Positions 19,202 through 28,430 of a stretch of DNA of 64,000 nt are shown one piece after another (the first letter of the stretch is position 1; each line of letters starts with the position of its first letter). A model generated the notes under the pieces. That model made no database searches. It saw only the letters and a list, made by a program, of their open reading frames with translations, and had not been told where the DNA came from. Origin of the DNA: Clostridia bacterium. Lineage in GTDB: Bacteria > Bacillota > Clostridia > UBA1212 > DUPL01. The position numbers were made by a program, and so were the translations under genes. Location: positions 1-64,000 of the forward strand of contig JBMNIW010000006.1 in NCBI GenBank assembly GCA_050951325.1, given 5' to 3'.

Positions 19202-20729
19202 ATATAATATCACGAAGGGCTTGCCGCACCATATACCTTCCCGATACCATTTTTTCAAAGTATCCTTCCACCTTGTCTCCAAGACCTATCTCGTATAGAT
19301 CAACTCCAAAAATACTTTTGTCGCAAAGTATGGGTTTAAGATACTTGCCAAACGGCCCTACGCTCCCTAGTTTTACTCCCTTTAAATGCTCTTGCAGCGT
19401 TTCAAGCAAAGGATCAGGACTAATTTCAAACTCGCAACCTTCATCGTCAACCCCCATAAGATATCGACACCATCCTGCAAATACCAGGGGTATTGCAACA
19501 AGGTTGCCAACATCAAGATATTCATACCTTGCATATGCCTTAAGGGTTTCCCCAAACCTTATGCCTAGTTTTTGCGAAGTATCTGTGGCAATCCTTTTGG
19601 GGCTGTCTTTAATAAATGGATTTGATAATCTGTCTTCAATAACTTCCTTGAGAAAATCCTCAGGATTTATAACTTTGGGATCCTCTACCACAGGCAAACC
19701 TTCCTTGTATGCAAGAGTATGAACAAGTCTTACAAGATCTTCATCCTGCATCTCCTCGTATATTGTTCCAAACCCAAGAAGACAGCCAAATATGGCAAGA
19801 GCAGTATGAAGAGGGTTAAGACATGTTGAAACTTTCATTCTTTCAACAAGAGATACAGTTTCCCTGTCAGTAAAAATCACACCGCTTTCTTCAAGCCTCG
19901 GTCTTCCATTGGGAAACTTGTCTTCAATGACAAGGTATTCCTTGTCTTCCGCATTGACAAAAGCAGAGACATAGGTGTTTTTTGATGTTCGATGAATATC
20001 TATAGATTCTATTCCATCATCAGCAATCGTCTTCAATACACCTTCATCCGGTCTTGGAGTTATCTTGTCAATCATGGTCCAGGGATAAGCCACATATTGC
20101 TCATTAGATAGATATTCAAAGAAGCCTTCATCATCCACCATACGCTTTGCATGATAAACAACCCTGTTGAAGAGTTTTTTACCATTATCCTTGCAGTTGT
20201 CAAAACTAACAAGGCTTATTGGATACTTGCCTTTTAGGTAACGGTGGTAACATAGCTTTGCAATCTTTGCAAGCACGCCATTTTCCGATATGTCTTCATA
20301 TCCTTTTTCAGTTATTGTAAAGCTTGCCATTTGAAGAGACGGGTTTTCAAATTTTTCTACGATACGCTCCCAATCCTCTTCTGCCTTCAAGGATTCTGTT
20401 ACAGAACCTAGAACCTTTTTGGTAACATCTCCATCGGATTTTAAGGTGAATAATATACACAAGTCATCATATGCTCTGTATGCTTTGTCTATTATCTCAT
20501 CATCAAAAGCCTCTACCACAATAATCCCTGTTTTTTCAATACCCTTTGCCAATAGTTCTTCCTGCATATTTGCAAGCAGAGCTCTGAAGATGTTGCCTGC
20601 ACCAAAGTGAATCCACACAGGGTTGCATTTGGTTTCGGCAATCACCTTGTCCCTGTCATATGCAGGCAGTATGTACTTTTTGTCAGTCCATAAACCTTTG
20701 TTTTTTATGCCTTCATTACTTAATATCAT
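19200..20729 (-). CDS. Mannitol dehydrogenase family protein (mannonate/altronate oxidoreductase-like)
   Basis: WIHFGAGNIFRA, SFTITEKGY, MIDKITP, K..CLNPLH, RIATDTSQK. Confidence 0.9.
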   Translation of the reverse strand: MILSNEGIKNKGLWTDKKYILPAYDRDKVIAETKCNPVWIHFGAGNIFRALLANMQEELLAKGIEKTGIIVVEAFDDEIIDKAYRAYDDLCILFTLKSDGDVTKKVLGSVTESLKAEEDWERIVEKFENPSLQMASFTITEKGYEDISENGVLAKIAKLCYHRYLKGKYPISLVSFDNCKDNGKKLFNRVVYHAKRMVDDEGFFEYLSNEQYVAYPWTMIDKITPRPDEGVLKTIADDGIESIDIHRTSKNTYVSAFVNAEDKEYLVIEDKFPNGRPRLEESGVIFTDRETVSLVERMKVSTCLNPLHTALAIFGCLLGFGTIYEEMQDEDLVRLVHTLAYKEGLPVVEDPKVINPEDFLKEVIEDRLSNPFIKDSPKRIATDTSQKLGIRFGETLKAYARYEYLDVGNLVAIPLVFAGWCRYLMGVDDEGCEFEISPDPLLETLQEHLKGVKLGSVGPFGKYLKPILCDKSIFGVDLYEIGLGDKVEGYFEKMVSGRYMVRQALRDII

Positions 20730-21819
20730 ACATATGCTTCCTTTCCCCTTCTATCTTTACTGCCTGCGCCTGGGCTTTAAGGCATAATTCGGCAGCCTTG
20801 AATGCGTGCTCCTGGGTCATGGCTTTTTCTGTTCTGTTCAGGCAGTCAAGAATAAGTTGTCCAAAGAATGGGAATCCTACTTTTCCATGAACATTGAAAT
20901 GTTTCTCTCCCTTGTGGTTGACAAGATACACATTGTCTCCTTTGGAATCCCTGGCTATATCTGTATACTTTCTAAGTTCAATATAGCCGTCAGTGCCAAG
21001 AATTATTGACCTGCCATCTCCCCATACCCCCAAACCCTCCGGTGTAAACCAGTCCACTCTGAAATAGTTGACAACACCATTGTCACCAACAAGCATGGCT
21101 TCACCAAAGTCCTCCAGCTCCGGATATTTAGGATGGGCAAAGTTTGCCACATGACTTCTAACAACTTCCGCATCCTTAACATTTCCAAAGAAAAGAAATT
21201 GCTCTATTTGATGGCTACCGATATCACATAATATACCGCCGTATTTCTCCCTTTCAAAAAACCACTTTGGGCGTGACGGTGCATTCAATCTATGAGGACC
21301 AAGGCCAATTACCTGTATCACATCCCCTATTGCCCCCTCTTCAATCAACTGCCCTGCAAATACCGCACTTTCCACATGAAGTCTTTCACTGTAATAGACC
21401 ATGTACTTCCTGTTGGTTTCGTTTACCTTTTTCCTTGCCCTCTCCAGCTGTTCCAAAGTGGTAAAGGGAGCCTTGTCGGTGAAATAGTCTTTTCCGTGAT
21501 CCATGACCTTAAGCCCAAGAGCACATCTTTCAGATGTTATTGCAGCAGCTGCAACAAGTTTAACACTCTCATCTTCGAGGATTTCCTCTTCACAGGAAGC
21601 CACTTTAACAAAAGGAAATCTTTCAACAAAACTTTTCACCTTCTTAGGATCCTTGTCGTATACATACATTAGCTCCCCGCCTGCTTCCAAAAGGCCATTG
21701 CACATGCCGTAAATATGGCCATGTTCCAAGGCCATTGCAGCAAATACAAACTCTCCTTTTTCACATACAGGGTGTGGTTTGCCTGTAGGAGCATAATTCA
21801 TTCCATCTGAAGCATTCAT
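20716..21819 (-). CDS. Gfo/Idh/MocA-family oxidoreductase
   Basis: HGKDYFTDKAP (EKP variant), GGILCDIGSHQ. Confidence 0.88.
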   Translation of the reverse strand: MNASDGMNYAPTGKPHPVCEKGEFVFAAMALEHGHIYGMCNGLLEAGGELMYVYDKDPKKVKSFVERFPFVKVASCEEEILEDESVKLVAAAAITSERCALGLKVMDHGKDYFTDKAPFTTLEQLERARKKVNETNRKYMVYYSERLHVESAVFAGQLIEEGAIGDVIQVIGLGPHRLNAPSRPKWFFEREKYGGILCDIGSHQIEQFLFFGNVKDAEVVRSHVANFAHPKYPELEDFGEAMLVGDNGVVNYFRVDWFTPEGLGVWGDGRSIILGTDGYIELRKYTDIARDSKGDNVYLVNHKGEKHFNVHGKVGFPFFGQLILDCLNRTEKAMTQEHAFKAAELCLKAQAQAVKIEGERKHMYDIK

Positions 21820-21831
21820 TTTTCTTCCTCC

Positions 21832-22986
21832 TTACCTGTAGTCACTACCCAGGTTGACTCCTTTGGAATCCAAATTAAGTATACTGGTTTTCTTTTCATA
21901 GAAATATTTGGCATTCTTTAATATACCTTCTACTGTATAGAAGGGATCCTCTTTGTCAAGAGGCAGTTTCACATGCTGATTTGTACACCCCGACTTGTAT
22001 ATCGCAGTTATAAGTTCCAATGTTCTTCTGCCATCAACACCTTTAATTAAAGGCTTGCCGTTATTCTCTATAGCAGTCATGACATCGTCTATCTGTCCTA
22101 CATGACCTTCATACTTTAGATCCGGTATTTTATCGTATTCTTCCTGAATTAGTCTTTCAAGTTCTTCATCCCTTTGCGGAAAACCGCTGCCTAGTGACTT
22201 TGACGCATACAAGGACCAAGGAACTGATACTTTTGCATTTTCACATTGGAATATTAGTTTCTGCTCCTCACCGTGATGCACAACGGAGCTGGTTATCTGC
22301 CCCAGAGTACCTTGCGGATACTTTAGAATGGACACGGAAAGATCCTCTACTTCAGCGTTATCATGAGCTACATTACTTAAAAACGCCAATACTTCCTCAG
22401 GCAGACCGATCATCCAGCACAACATGTCTATGTGATGCACTGCATGGTTTAGAGTAGGACCGCCTCCTTCCTTTTCCCAGCTTCCTCTCCACCACAGATC
22501 GTAGTATGCATACCCTCTCCACCATAGAGAATCCACTTGTGCATGAAGAACCCTTCCTAATTTATTAGATTCCAGAATATGCTTTAATCTATAAACAGGA
22601 TTCTTGAATCTGTTTTGTGCAATAACTGATAAAACTTTGTTATGTGTTTTTGCTGCCTCAAGCATTGCATCGCACTCTTCCAAAGAAGAAGCCATGGGCT
22701 TTTCAACTATTACGTGTTTATTGTTTTTTAGAAAATCAATTGCAATGCTTGCATGAGTATACGGAGGAGTACAAATACTTACAAGATCAATATCCTCCCT
22801 GTCAAGAATTGACTTATGGGAATCATAAACTTCAGCATTAAGGGAAAACCTCTCATTCTTATCCCTTGCCTTCTCAGGGATTATGTCAACCAGTGCAACT
22901 ATCCTGCATCTTTCAGGAAATTTTAAATATGCATTAATATGTGCTGGCGAAATATTACCTGTTCCTATAATTGCAACATTAAGCAT
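21832..22986 (-). CDS. Gfo/Idh/MocA-family oxidoreductase
   Basis: VAIIGTGNI Rossmann motif, HVIVEKPMA, GGGPTLNHAVHHID. Confidence 0.92.
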   Translation of the reverse strand: MLNVAIIGTGNISPAHINAYLKFPERCRIVALVDIIPEKARDKNERFSLNAEVYDSHKSILDREDIDLVSICTPPYTHASIAIDFLKNNKHVIVEKPMASSLEECDAMLEAAKTHNKVLSVIAQNRFKNPVYRLKHILESNKLGRVLHAQVDSLWWRGYAYYDLWWRGSWEKEGGGPTLNHAVHHIDMLCWMIGLPEEVLAFLSNVAHDNAEVEDLSVSILKYPQGTLGQITSSVVHHGEEQKLIFQCENAKVSVPWSLYASKSLGSGFPQRDEELERLIQEEYDKIPDLKYEGHVGQIDDVMTAIENNGKPLIKGVDGRRTLELITAIYKSGCTNQHVKLPLDKEDPFYTVEGILKNAKYFYEKKTSILNLDSKGVNLGSDYR

Positions 22987-23088
22987 GATAATAGAACCTC
23001 CATATGGATTTTCCATTTATTCTATATCGCCTGCACATTAGCATCTATGTATTATATCAAGTTATTTGTATTTTCTATAAGCTATATT

Positions 23089-23922
23089 TTATTTGTTAAT
23101 ATTTTCTCTTCTATACTGCGAGGGTGAGATATTTTCATACTTCTTGAAAACCTTGCTGAAATAAAAGACATCATTAAACCCCGTCATATAAGCAACATCG
23201 GAAACAGAGTGCCCGTCCCGCAAAAGTTCTTTTGCCTTGTAAAGCCTGATATGTATAAGGTACTCGATAATAGGTTTACCGGTCACCTTCTTGAATATGC
23301 TTCCCAGGTAGGAATAACTTAACTGCATCTTCTCACTGAGGTCTTCAAGGGTTATCCTTTCAGCATAATGCTTTGCAAGGTAGTTTATAACTTCCTCTGC
23401 CCGTCTTGCGTCCGAAAAGGAATAGGACTTACATTCATTGTAGTTAAGAAGAAGATGAATAATTTCTGCAAAAATACTCCTGGACTTTACTTCATTGTTC
23501 TGCTTGTTATTCATCCACAGTCTTGAAAGTGATGAAAACAAATCCACCAATTTTGAATACAGATACGGGTCTGAAACAGTGGAAACCACTTTGAACGGCA
23601 GCTCACAATGTTTCAATTTCCATTCCACCTTGTCAAATTCCACACATGTGTATAGAAAATCCACGGCATAGCATTTCATCAACCTGTCTGGAAATGTACG
23701 CGCCTTCCTTATATCATTAGGTCTATAGAATACGAAGTCTCCTTTCTTTGCAATATATACTTCGTCATTTCTTTCAAACCGTGCTTCCCCTTCGTATAAA
23801 AACATAATGTTGTAATGGCCCATGCGATTGTCAAGTTTCCAAGAAGCAGTACAGTTCCTGTCCACTACATATGTTAGATATGGGAATATGTTGTTTAGCG
23901 TATCAATTGGCAATTTCTGCAC
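23089..23922 (-). CDS. AraC-family transcriptional regulator
   Basis: Cupin N-domain; C-terminal double HTH (VAYMTGFNDVFYFSKVFKK). Confidence 0.93.
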   Translation of the reverse strand: MQKLPIDTLNNIFPYLTYVVDRNCTASWKLDNRMGHYNIMFLYEGEARFERNDEVYIAKKGDFVFYRPNDIRKARTFPDRLMKCYAVDFLYTCVEFDKVEWKLKHCELPFKVVSTVSDPYLYSKLVDLFSSLSRLWMNNKQNNEVKSRSIFAEIIHLLLNYNECKSYSFSDARRAEEVINYLAKHYAERITLEDLSEKMQLSYSYLGSIFKKVTGKPIIEYLIHIRLYKAKELLRDGHSVSDVAYMTGFNDVFYFSKVFKKYENISPSQYRRENINK

Positions 23923-24036
23923 CTCCCTGTCATTGCCAGTTATTATATCATCACGATTGGTGTTCTTTCAATTCGTCTTGTAAAGAATGGGAAAATAAAG
24001 TATACTTAATTGTATTTGTTTTCAGGAGTTGATGTA

Positions 24037-25287
24037 ATGATACTGGAATTTGGTTATGGAGAAGGAATACAAAAAGTTGAAGTACCGGATGAAAATGTAA
24101 TAGATATATTAAAGCCAAACAAGGTGGAGTATGACAGGATTGATGAAGAGGAAGTGAAAAGAGCTCTTGAAAATCCCATAGGTTCAAAAAGGCTTAAGGA
24201 TATCGTGAAACCGAACGAAAAGATAGTTGTTATCACCAGCGATATTACAAGGCCAATGCCCACCTACAAGGTCATGCCTCTATTGCTGGATGAACTGTAT
24301 GATGCGGGAGTAAATGCAAAAGATATTACGTTGGTGTTCGCTTTGGGCAGTCACAGAAAACACACAAGGGAAGAGATGATAAAACTTGCAGGCGAAAGAG
24401 CTGCCAATGAAATCAAAATGATAGACAGCGACATGAGCGACTGTGTCAGAATGGGAGTAACAAAAAGAGGTACCCCTGTTGACATATTCATGCCCGTTGC
24501 AGAAGCTGACAGAAGAATATGTCTCGGCAATATAGAGTACCACTATTTTGCGGGATACAGCGGTGGATCCAAGGCAATCATGCCGGGAGTCTCCACAAGG
24601 GAAGCAATAAGGAAAAATCATTCCCTTATGGTGGAGGAAGGTTCCCATGCAGGTAACCTTGATACAAACCCAGTAAGAGAAGACATTGAAGAAGCCGCCA
24701 GCTTGTGCCCTATCGACTTTATTCTGAATGTGGTATTGGATGAGAAGAAGACAATAATCAAGGCAGTAAGCGGTCATCCCGTGCTTGCTCACCGGGAGGG
24801 TGCAAAATTCCTTGACAAGTTGTATCTTAAGGAAATAAAAGAGAGGGCTGACATTGTTCTTGTATCTCAAGGAGGAAAGCCAAAGGATATAAACCTGTAT
24901 CAGACCCAGAAGGCATTGGACAATGCCAAGCATGCAGTTAAAAAGGGTGGCACCGTAATACTTATCGGTGAGTGTACTGAAGGACTTGGAGAAAAAGTAT
25001 TCGAAGAGTGGATGACAAAGTCCAAAAGCCCTGATGAAATGATTGAGAGAATAAGAAAAGATTTTCAATTGGGCGGTCACAAAGCCGCAGCCATATCCCT
25101 GGTTCTAAGAGATGCAGATATTTATCTGGTTTCGGCAATGGACGAAGCGTTTGTAAAAAGCATGTTCCTGAAGCCCTTTAAATCTGCGCAGGAGGCTTTT
25201 GACACAGCCTTTAAAAAACACGGAGCGAACGCCAAGGTTATTGCCATGCCCTATGGCGGTTCAACACTTCCAAAAGAAATCAACTAA
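24037..25287 (+). CDS. larA: Nickel-pincer-dependent lactate racemase / 2-hydroxyacid epimerase family (LarA homolog)
   Basis: SDITRP, ALGSHR, HYFAGYSGGSKAIMPG, NH, DINLYQTQKA, MPYGGST. Confidence 0.88.
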   Translation: MILEFGYGEGIQKVEVPDENVIDILKPNKVEYDRIDEEEVKRALENPIGSKRLKDIVKPNEKIVVITSDITRPMPTYKVMPLLLDELYDAGVNAKDITLVFALGSHRKHTREEMIKLAGERAANEIKMIDSDMSDCVRMGVTKRGTPVDIFMPVAEADRRICLGNIEYHYFAGYSGGSKAIMPGVSTREAIRKNHSLMVEEGSHAGNLDTNPVREDIEEAASLCPIDFILNVVLDEKKTIIKAVSGHPVLAHREGAKFLDKLYLKEIKERADIVLVSQGGKPKDINLYQTQKALDNAKHAVKKGGTVILIGECTEGLGEKVFEEWMTKSKSPDEMIERIRKDFQLGGHKAAAISLVLRDADIYLVSAMDEAFVKSMFLKPFKSAQEAFDTAFKKHGANAKVIAMPYGGSTLPKEIN

Positions 25288-25312
25288 ACGGCATCAATAC
25301 GGGATGCCGTTT
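25286..25312. terminator. Bidirectional terminator
   Basis: AAACGGCATC / GATGCCGTTT. Confidence 0.7.
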
Positions 25313-25755
25313 TCTTCACACCATTTTATTGCAATGCTTACAAGCTCATTATGCCTGAATTCCTTCCATTCTTCAACAAGTTTTAGTTTTCTAACAGTCT
25401 CATTAAAAGCCCTCATTCGCCCTTTGCCGGACAAGGCATCCAAAAGCCTGTTTACATGCTTTTTCTTCTTTCTTGTATAACAAAACCTTGCCATAATTCT
25501 ATATTCGTCAACATCGTATCTTGTGGGCAATTTCACATAATAGCGAATGTTCTTCAAAAAATCTACTGTTTCCAGAACCACTTTTCTTTCCCATTCTTCT
25601 ATATATGATAGATTGTCACCATTTAAATATTTGTGCGCCAACTCCAAATGTAGAATATATATTTCGACAATTTCACCATTTCTTCTATCGTAATAATAGT
25701 ATAGTCCATCCATCATATTGTTGAAACATTCCACCAATACATCAATATCCGCCAT
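25294..25755 (-). CDS. UPF0158-family protein
   Basis: YYYDRRNGEIV, LPTRYDVDEYRIM, ALSGKGRMRAF, WCEENGI. Confidence 0.8.
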   Translation of the reverse strand: MADIDVLVECFNNMMDGLYYYYDRRNGEIVEIYILHLELAHKYLNGDNLSYIEEWERKVVLETVDFLKNIRYYVKLPTRYDVDEYRIMARFCYTRKKKKHVNRLLDALSGKGRMRAFNETVRKLKLVEEWKEFRHNELVSIAIKWCEENGIPY

Positions 25756-25802
25756 AACAACTACCCCATAAGTATTTCTAACATTTAGATTATATCAACA
25801 AC

Positions 25803-28265
25803 TCAGCCTTTTTGCCATATTTTTGACACTATGACTGTCATATCATCCTTTGGAGTGTCATCAGACAACTCCATGGCCTTTTCAATAATCAAGTCCGCTA
25901 TATTCTGTGGATTTGCCGCCTTAATGCTCTCTATATATGCATAAAACTCAATGTCAGTATAATTTGCCTCCCTGAAAGCCTCCACCACTCCATCACTTAA
26001 TAGTATTACATAATCACCTGCTGCAAGGTTTCTTGCAACCGTCTGGTACTCGTTCTCCGCCCCCTGCACAAATCCCATAGGCAGCGATGCAATTACCACG
26101 GTTTCCACCTTGTCCTTCTTTTTTATAACACTTGGTACGGCACCAAGCTTCATGAAAGACGCAACACCCTGGTATAAATCAAAAACAGCCAGATCTACCG
26201 TGGCGGACATGACCTTGTCCACTCCTGTTTCAAGAAGGGAATCTATCATGGACACAGCAGCAGGGAAACTCAGGCCGCTCTCCATGAACAGTTCTATCAA
26301 CGTTATAACTGATTCGCTTTGCTTGCGTGCAATTTCTCCGCTTCCCATTCCGTCGCTAAGACATACAAGATATATGCCCTTATCAAGTTCGGTAAACAGA
26401 TATGAATCCCCACTTATTGCACTTCCATGAGCCTTCACACTCTGCACCTTTACAGAGATGCTTAACGGTTCTTCCTCGGTGTATACAAGGGTGCACCATA
26501 GGTTGTCGCCTGTATTCTGACATGTGGGAGTTTGAAGGGCCATAGGTACTCCTACTACTTTGGAAATTATCTTCTGGTAGGAATATATGCACTGTTTTTT
26601 TGACTTGCAGCATTTCACATCGGCAACCACTTCATATCGTCCATATTTGTTCCTGGAGACAGTGACATTCCTTATCTTCAAATCCTGCAGTGCAAATTCC
26701 CGCATGATGTCTTTTTCCAGACTTTCAACAAAGTTGACACTCAAATCAACCTCATCGGCAAGGCTTGTCAATATTTCCGACATGCCCAACAGCTGGGCAG
26801 GCAGTACACTTTTGCATTCTTCCACTCTCTTCCTCCAAAGTCTTTCAATCCTCCAGATTTCAAAAGCATTTTTAGCTTCAAAAAGTATGCTGTTTAGATT
26901 GGGACATTTCGAGGACAAGGCCCTTGGAACTTCCTCTGGCAGAACTCTGCCCTTACTCTCCAGAATCTCGGTTACTGCGGTAAAACCTTGAAAGGATTTA
27001 TAGAAATTTCTTTCCCAACAATCCGAGTTCAATGCACATTTTGAACATACCCTGTCAGTTACCCTATCTATTATCTGTACCATGTCCTTCTGCGTGTTTT
27101 CTACCGCATGGGTATTTATATCCCGACAGACTTCAGACATTTTACTCAAAATGTTCGCAAAGCCATTCAGCCTTTCACTGGCCACCTGTCTGAGTTTTTC
27201 AGCATAGTTTACCCTCACCGTAGGTATTTTAACCCCGGTCAATTGAGGCAGTTTCAGAAATTCTGTAACCCTTGAAGGAATGATAATGAAAATTATCATT
27301 GCAAAAAATATTTCGTATACATTGATTATGATTTCCGGGGTAGCTGTCAGAAGAATTGAAAGAATGAAGTTACCAAGGAAAAAACCCAGACTGACTCCAA
27401 CCTTCTTGTATCTGTTGAATAGACCTGCAAGAAAACCGCAGAAAGCATACAAAGAAATGATGGTTGCAGAAAACTGTCCGCCTGACGACATGGTGGATGC
27501 GGTAAGAAGTATTCCTACTACCACACCACTGGCAGCACCAGTACCCAAACCGCCTCTATAGCTAAAAATCATTACCATTGCAATACACAAAACCCTCTTC
27601 AGAGACAGTCCAATAAGCACTACGTCCCAAAGACCCATCAAAGCTATCGCAATTGTAATTGCAATACAGGCAAGTTCTTCATTAGTCATTAGTTTTTTTG
27701 ACACATCATCCTGAAACACATCCAGTGTTGATCGAAATACAAAGAATACTACAAAGGAAATGACAAGCTGCAAAACAAGGGCAAATACATCTGCCATAAT
27801 CGCTCCCTTGACACTCAAAGCTATGGCACAAGGCACAGCGCCGGAAAAAAAGAGCACAAGACCAAGCTTTGCGTTAAGAGGCAATCGGGGCTTGTCCGTA
27901 TCACTGTAACCTTCATCATCTCCGAGAACCACCCTGTCGTCAAATGCCATGATCAAAAAGAATATTATCATGGAGAAACCTATGATAAACGCCTGCCATA
28001 TCTGTCCTAATGTCAGTGTTCCTATCAGCACAAGAAGACCGTACAACAAACTGGACAACTTGTCCATCTTCTGCCTTTTGCTTGTAACAACCGCACAAAA
28101 AGCAGGATATCCAAAAGGAATAATCCCATTTGGCAAAGCAGCTCTTGCAATAAAGAATACGAATACGGACAAAATCAAAGAGAATATGGACAGTTCAATA
28201 TGACCTAAAAATTTTGCATATGGATTTTTGCCAACATCAATACTTTCAGCGTTTTGACCCTTCAT
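25803..28265 (-). CDS. spoIIE: Stage II sporulation protein E (PP2C phosphatase)
   Basis: ~10 TM helices, CSKC..CW motif, PP2C motifs SGDSY, LSDGMGSG, ATVDL, LSDGV, DDMTV. Confidence 0.9.
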   Translation of the reverse strand: MKGQNAESIDVGKNPYAKFLGHIELSIFSLILSVFVFFIARAALPNGIIPFGYPAFCAVVTSKRQKMDKLSSLLYGLLVLIGTLTLGQIWQAFIIGFSMIIFFLIMAFDDRVVLGDDEGYSDTDKPRLPLNAKLGLVLFFSGAVPCAIALSVKGAIMADVFALVLQLVISFVVFFVFRSTLDVFQDDVSKKLMTNEELACIAITIAIALMGLWDVVLIGLSLKRVLCIAMVMIFSYRGGLGTGAASGVVVGILLTASTMSSGGQFSATIISLYAFCGFLAGLFNRYKKVGVSLGFFLGNFILSILLTATPEIIINVYEIFFAMIIFIIIPSRVTEFLKLPQLTGVKIPTVRVNYAEKLRQVASERLNGFANILSKMSEVCRDINTHAVENTQKDMVQIIDRVTDRVCSKCALNSDCWERNFYKSFQGFTAVTEILESKGRVLPEEVPRALSSKCPNLNSILFEAKNAFEIWRIERLWRKRVEECKSVLPAQLLGMSEILTSLADEVDLSVNFVESLEKDIMREFALQDLKIRNVTVSRNKYGRYEVVADVKCCKSKKQCIYSYQKIISKVVGVPMALQTPTCQNTGDNLWCTLVYTEEEPLSISVKVQSVKAHGSAISGDSYLFTELDKGIYLVCLSDGMGSGEIARKQSESVITLIELFMESGLSFPAAVSMIDSLLETGVDKVMSATVDLAVFDLYQGVASFMKLGAVPSVIKKKDKVETVVIASLPMGFVQGAENEYQTVARNLAAGDYVILLSDGVVEAFREANYTDIEFYAYIESIKAANPQNIADLIIEKAMELSDDTPKDDMTVIVSKIWQKG

Positions 28266-28430
28266 AACAGTCCCCTTCCTTGCTGTACAGAATGTAGAAG
28301 GATTCTAACACAGTTTTGGGTCAATTCTAGTCGCAATAAGTCGAAATTTTATTTACTTATCGGGAAATATTCCTAATTAGAAAAGGGTGCGCATTATTCT
28401 GCTACACCCTTTACTACAATAATACTAACC

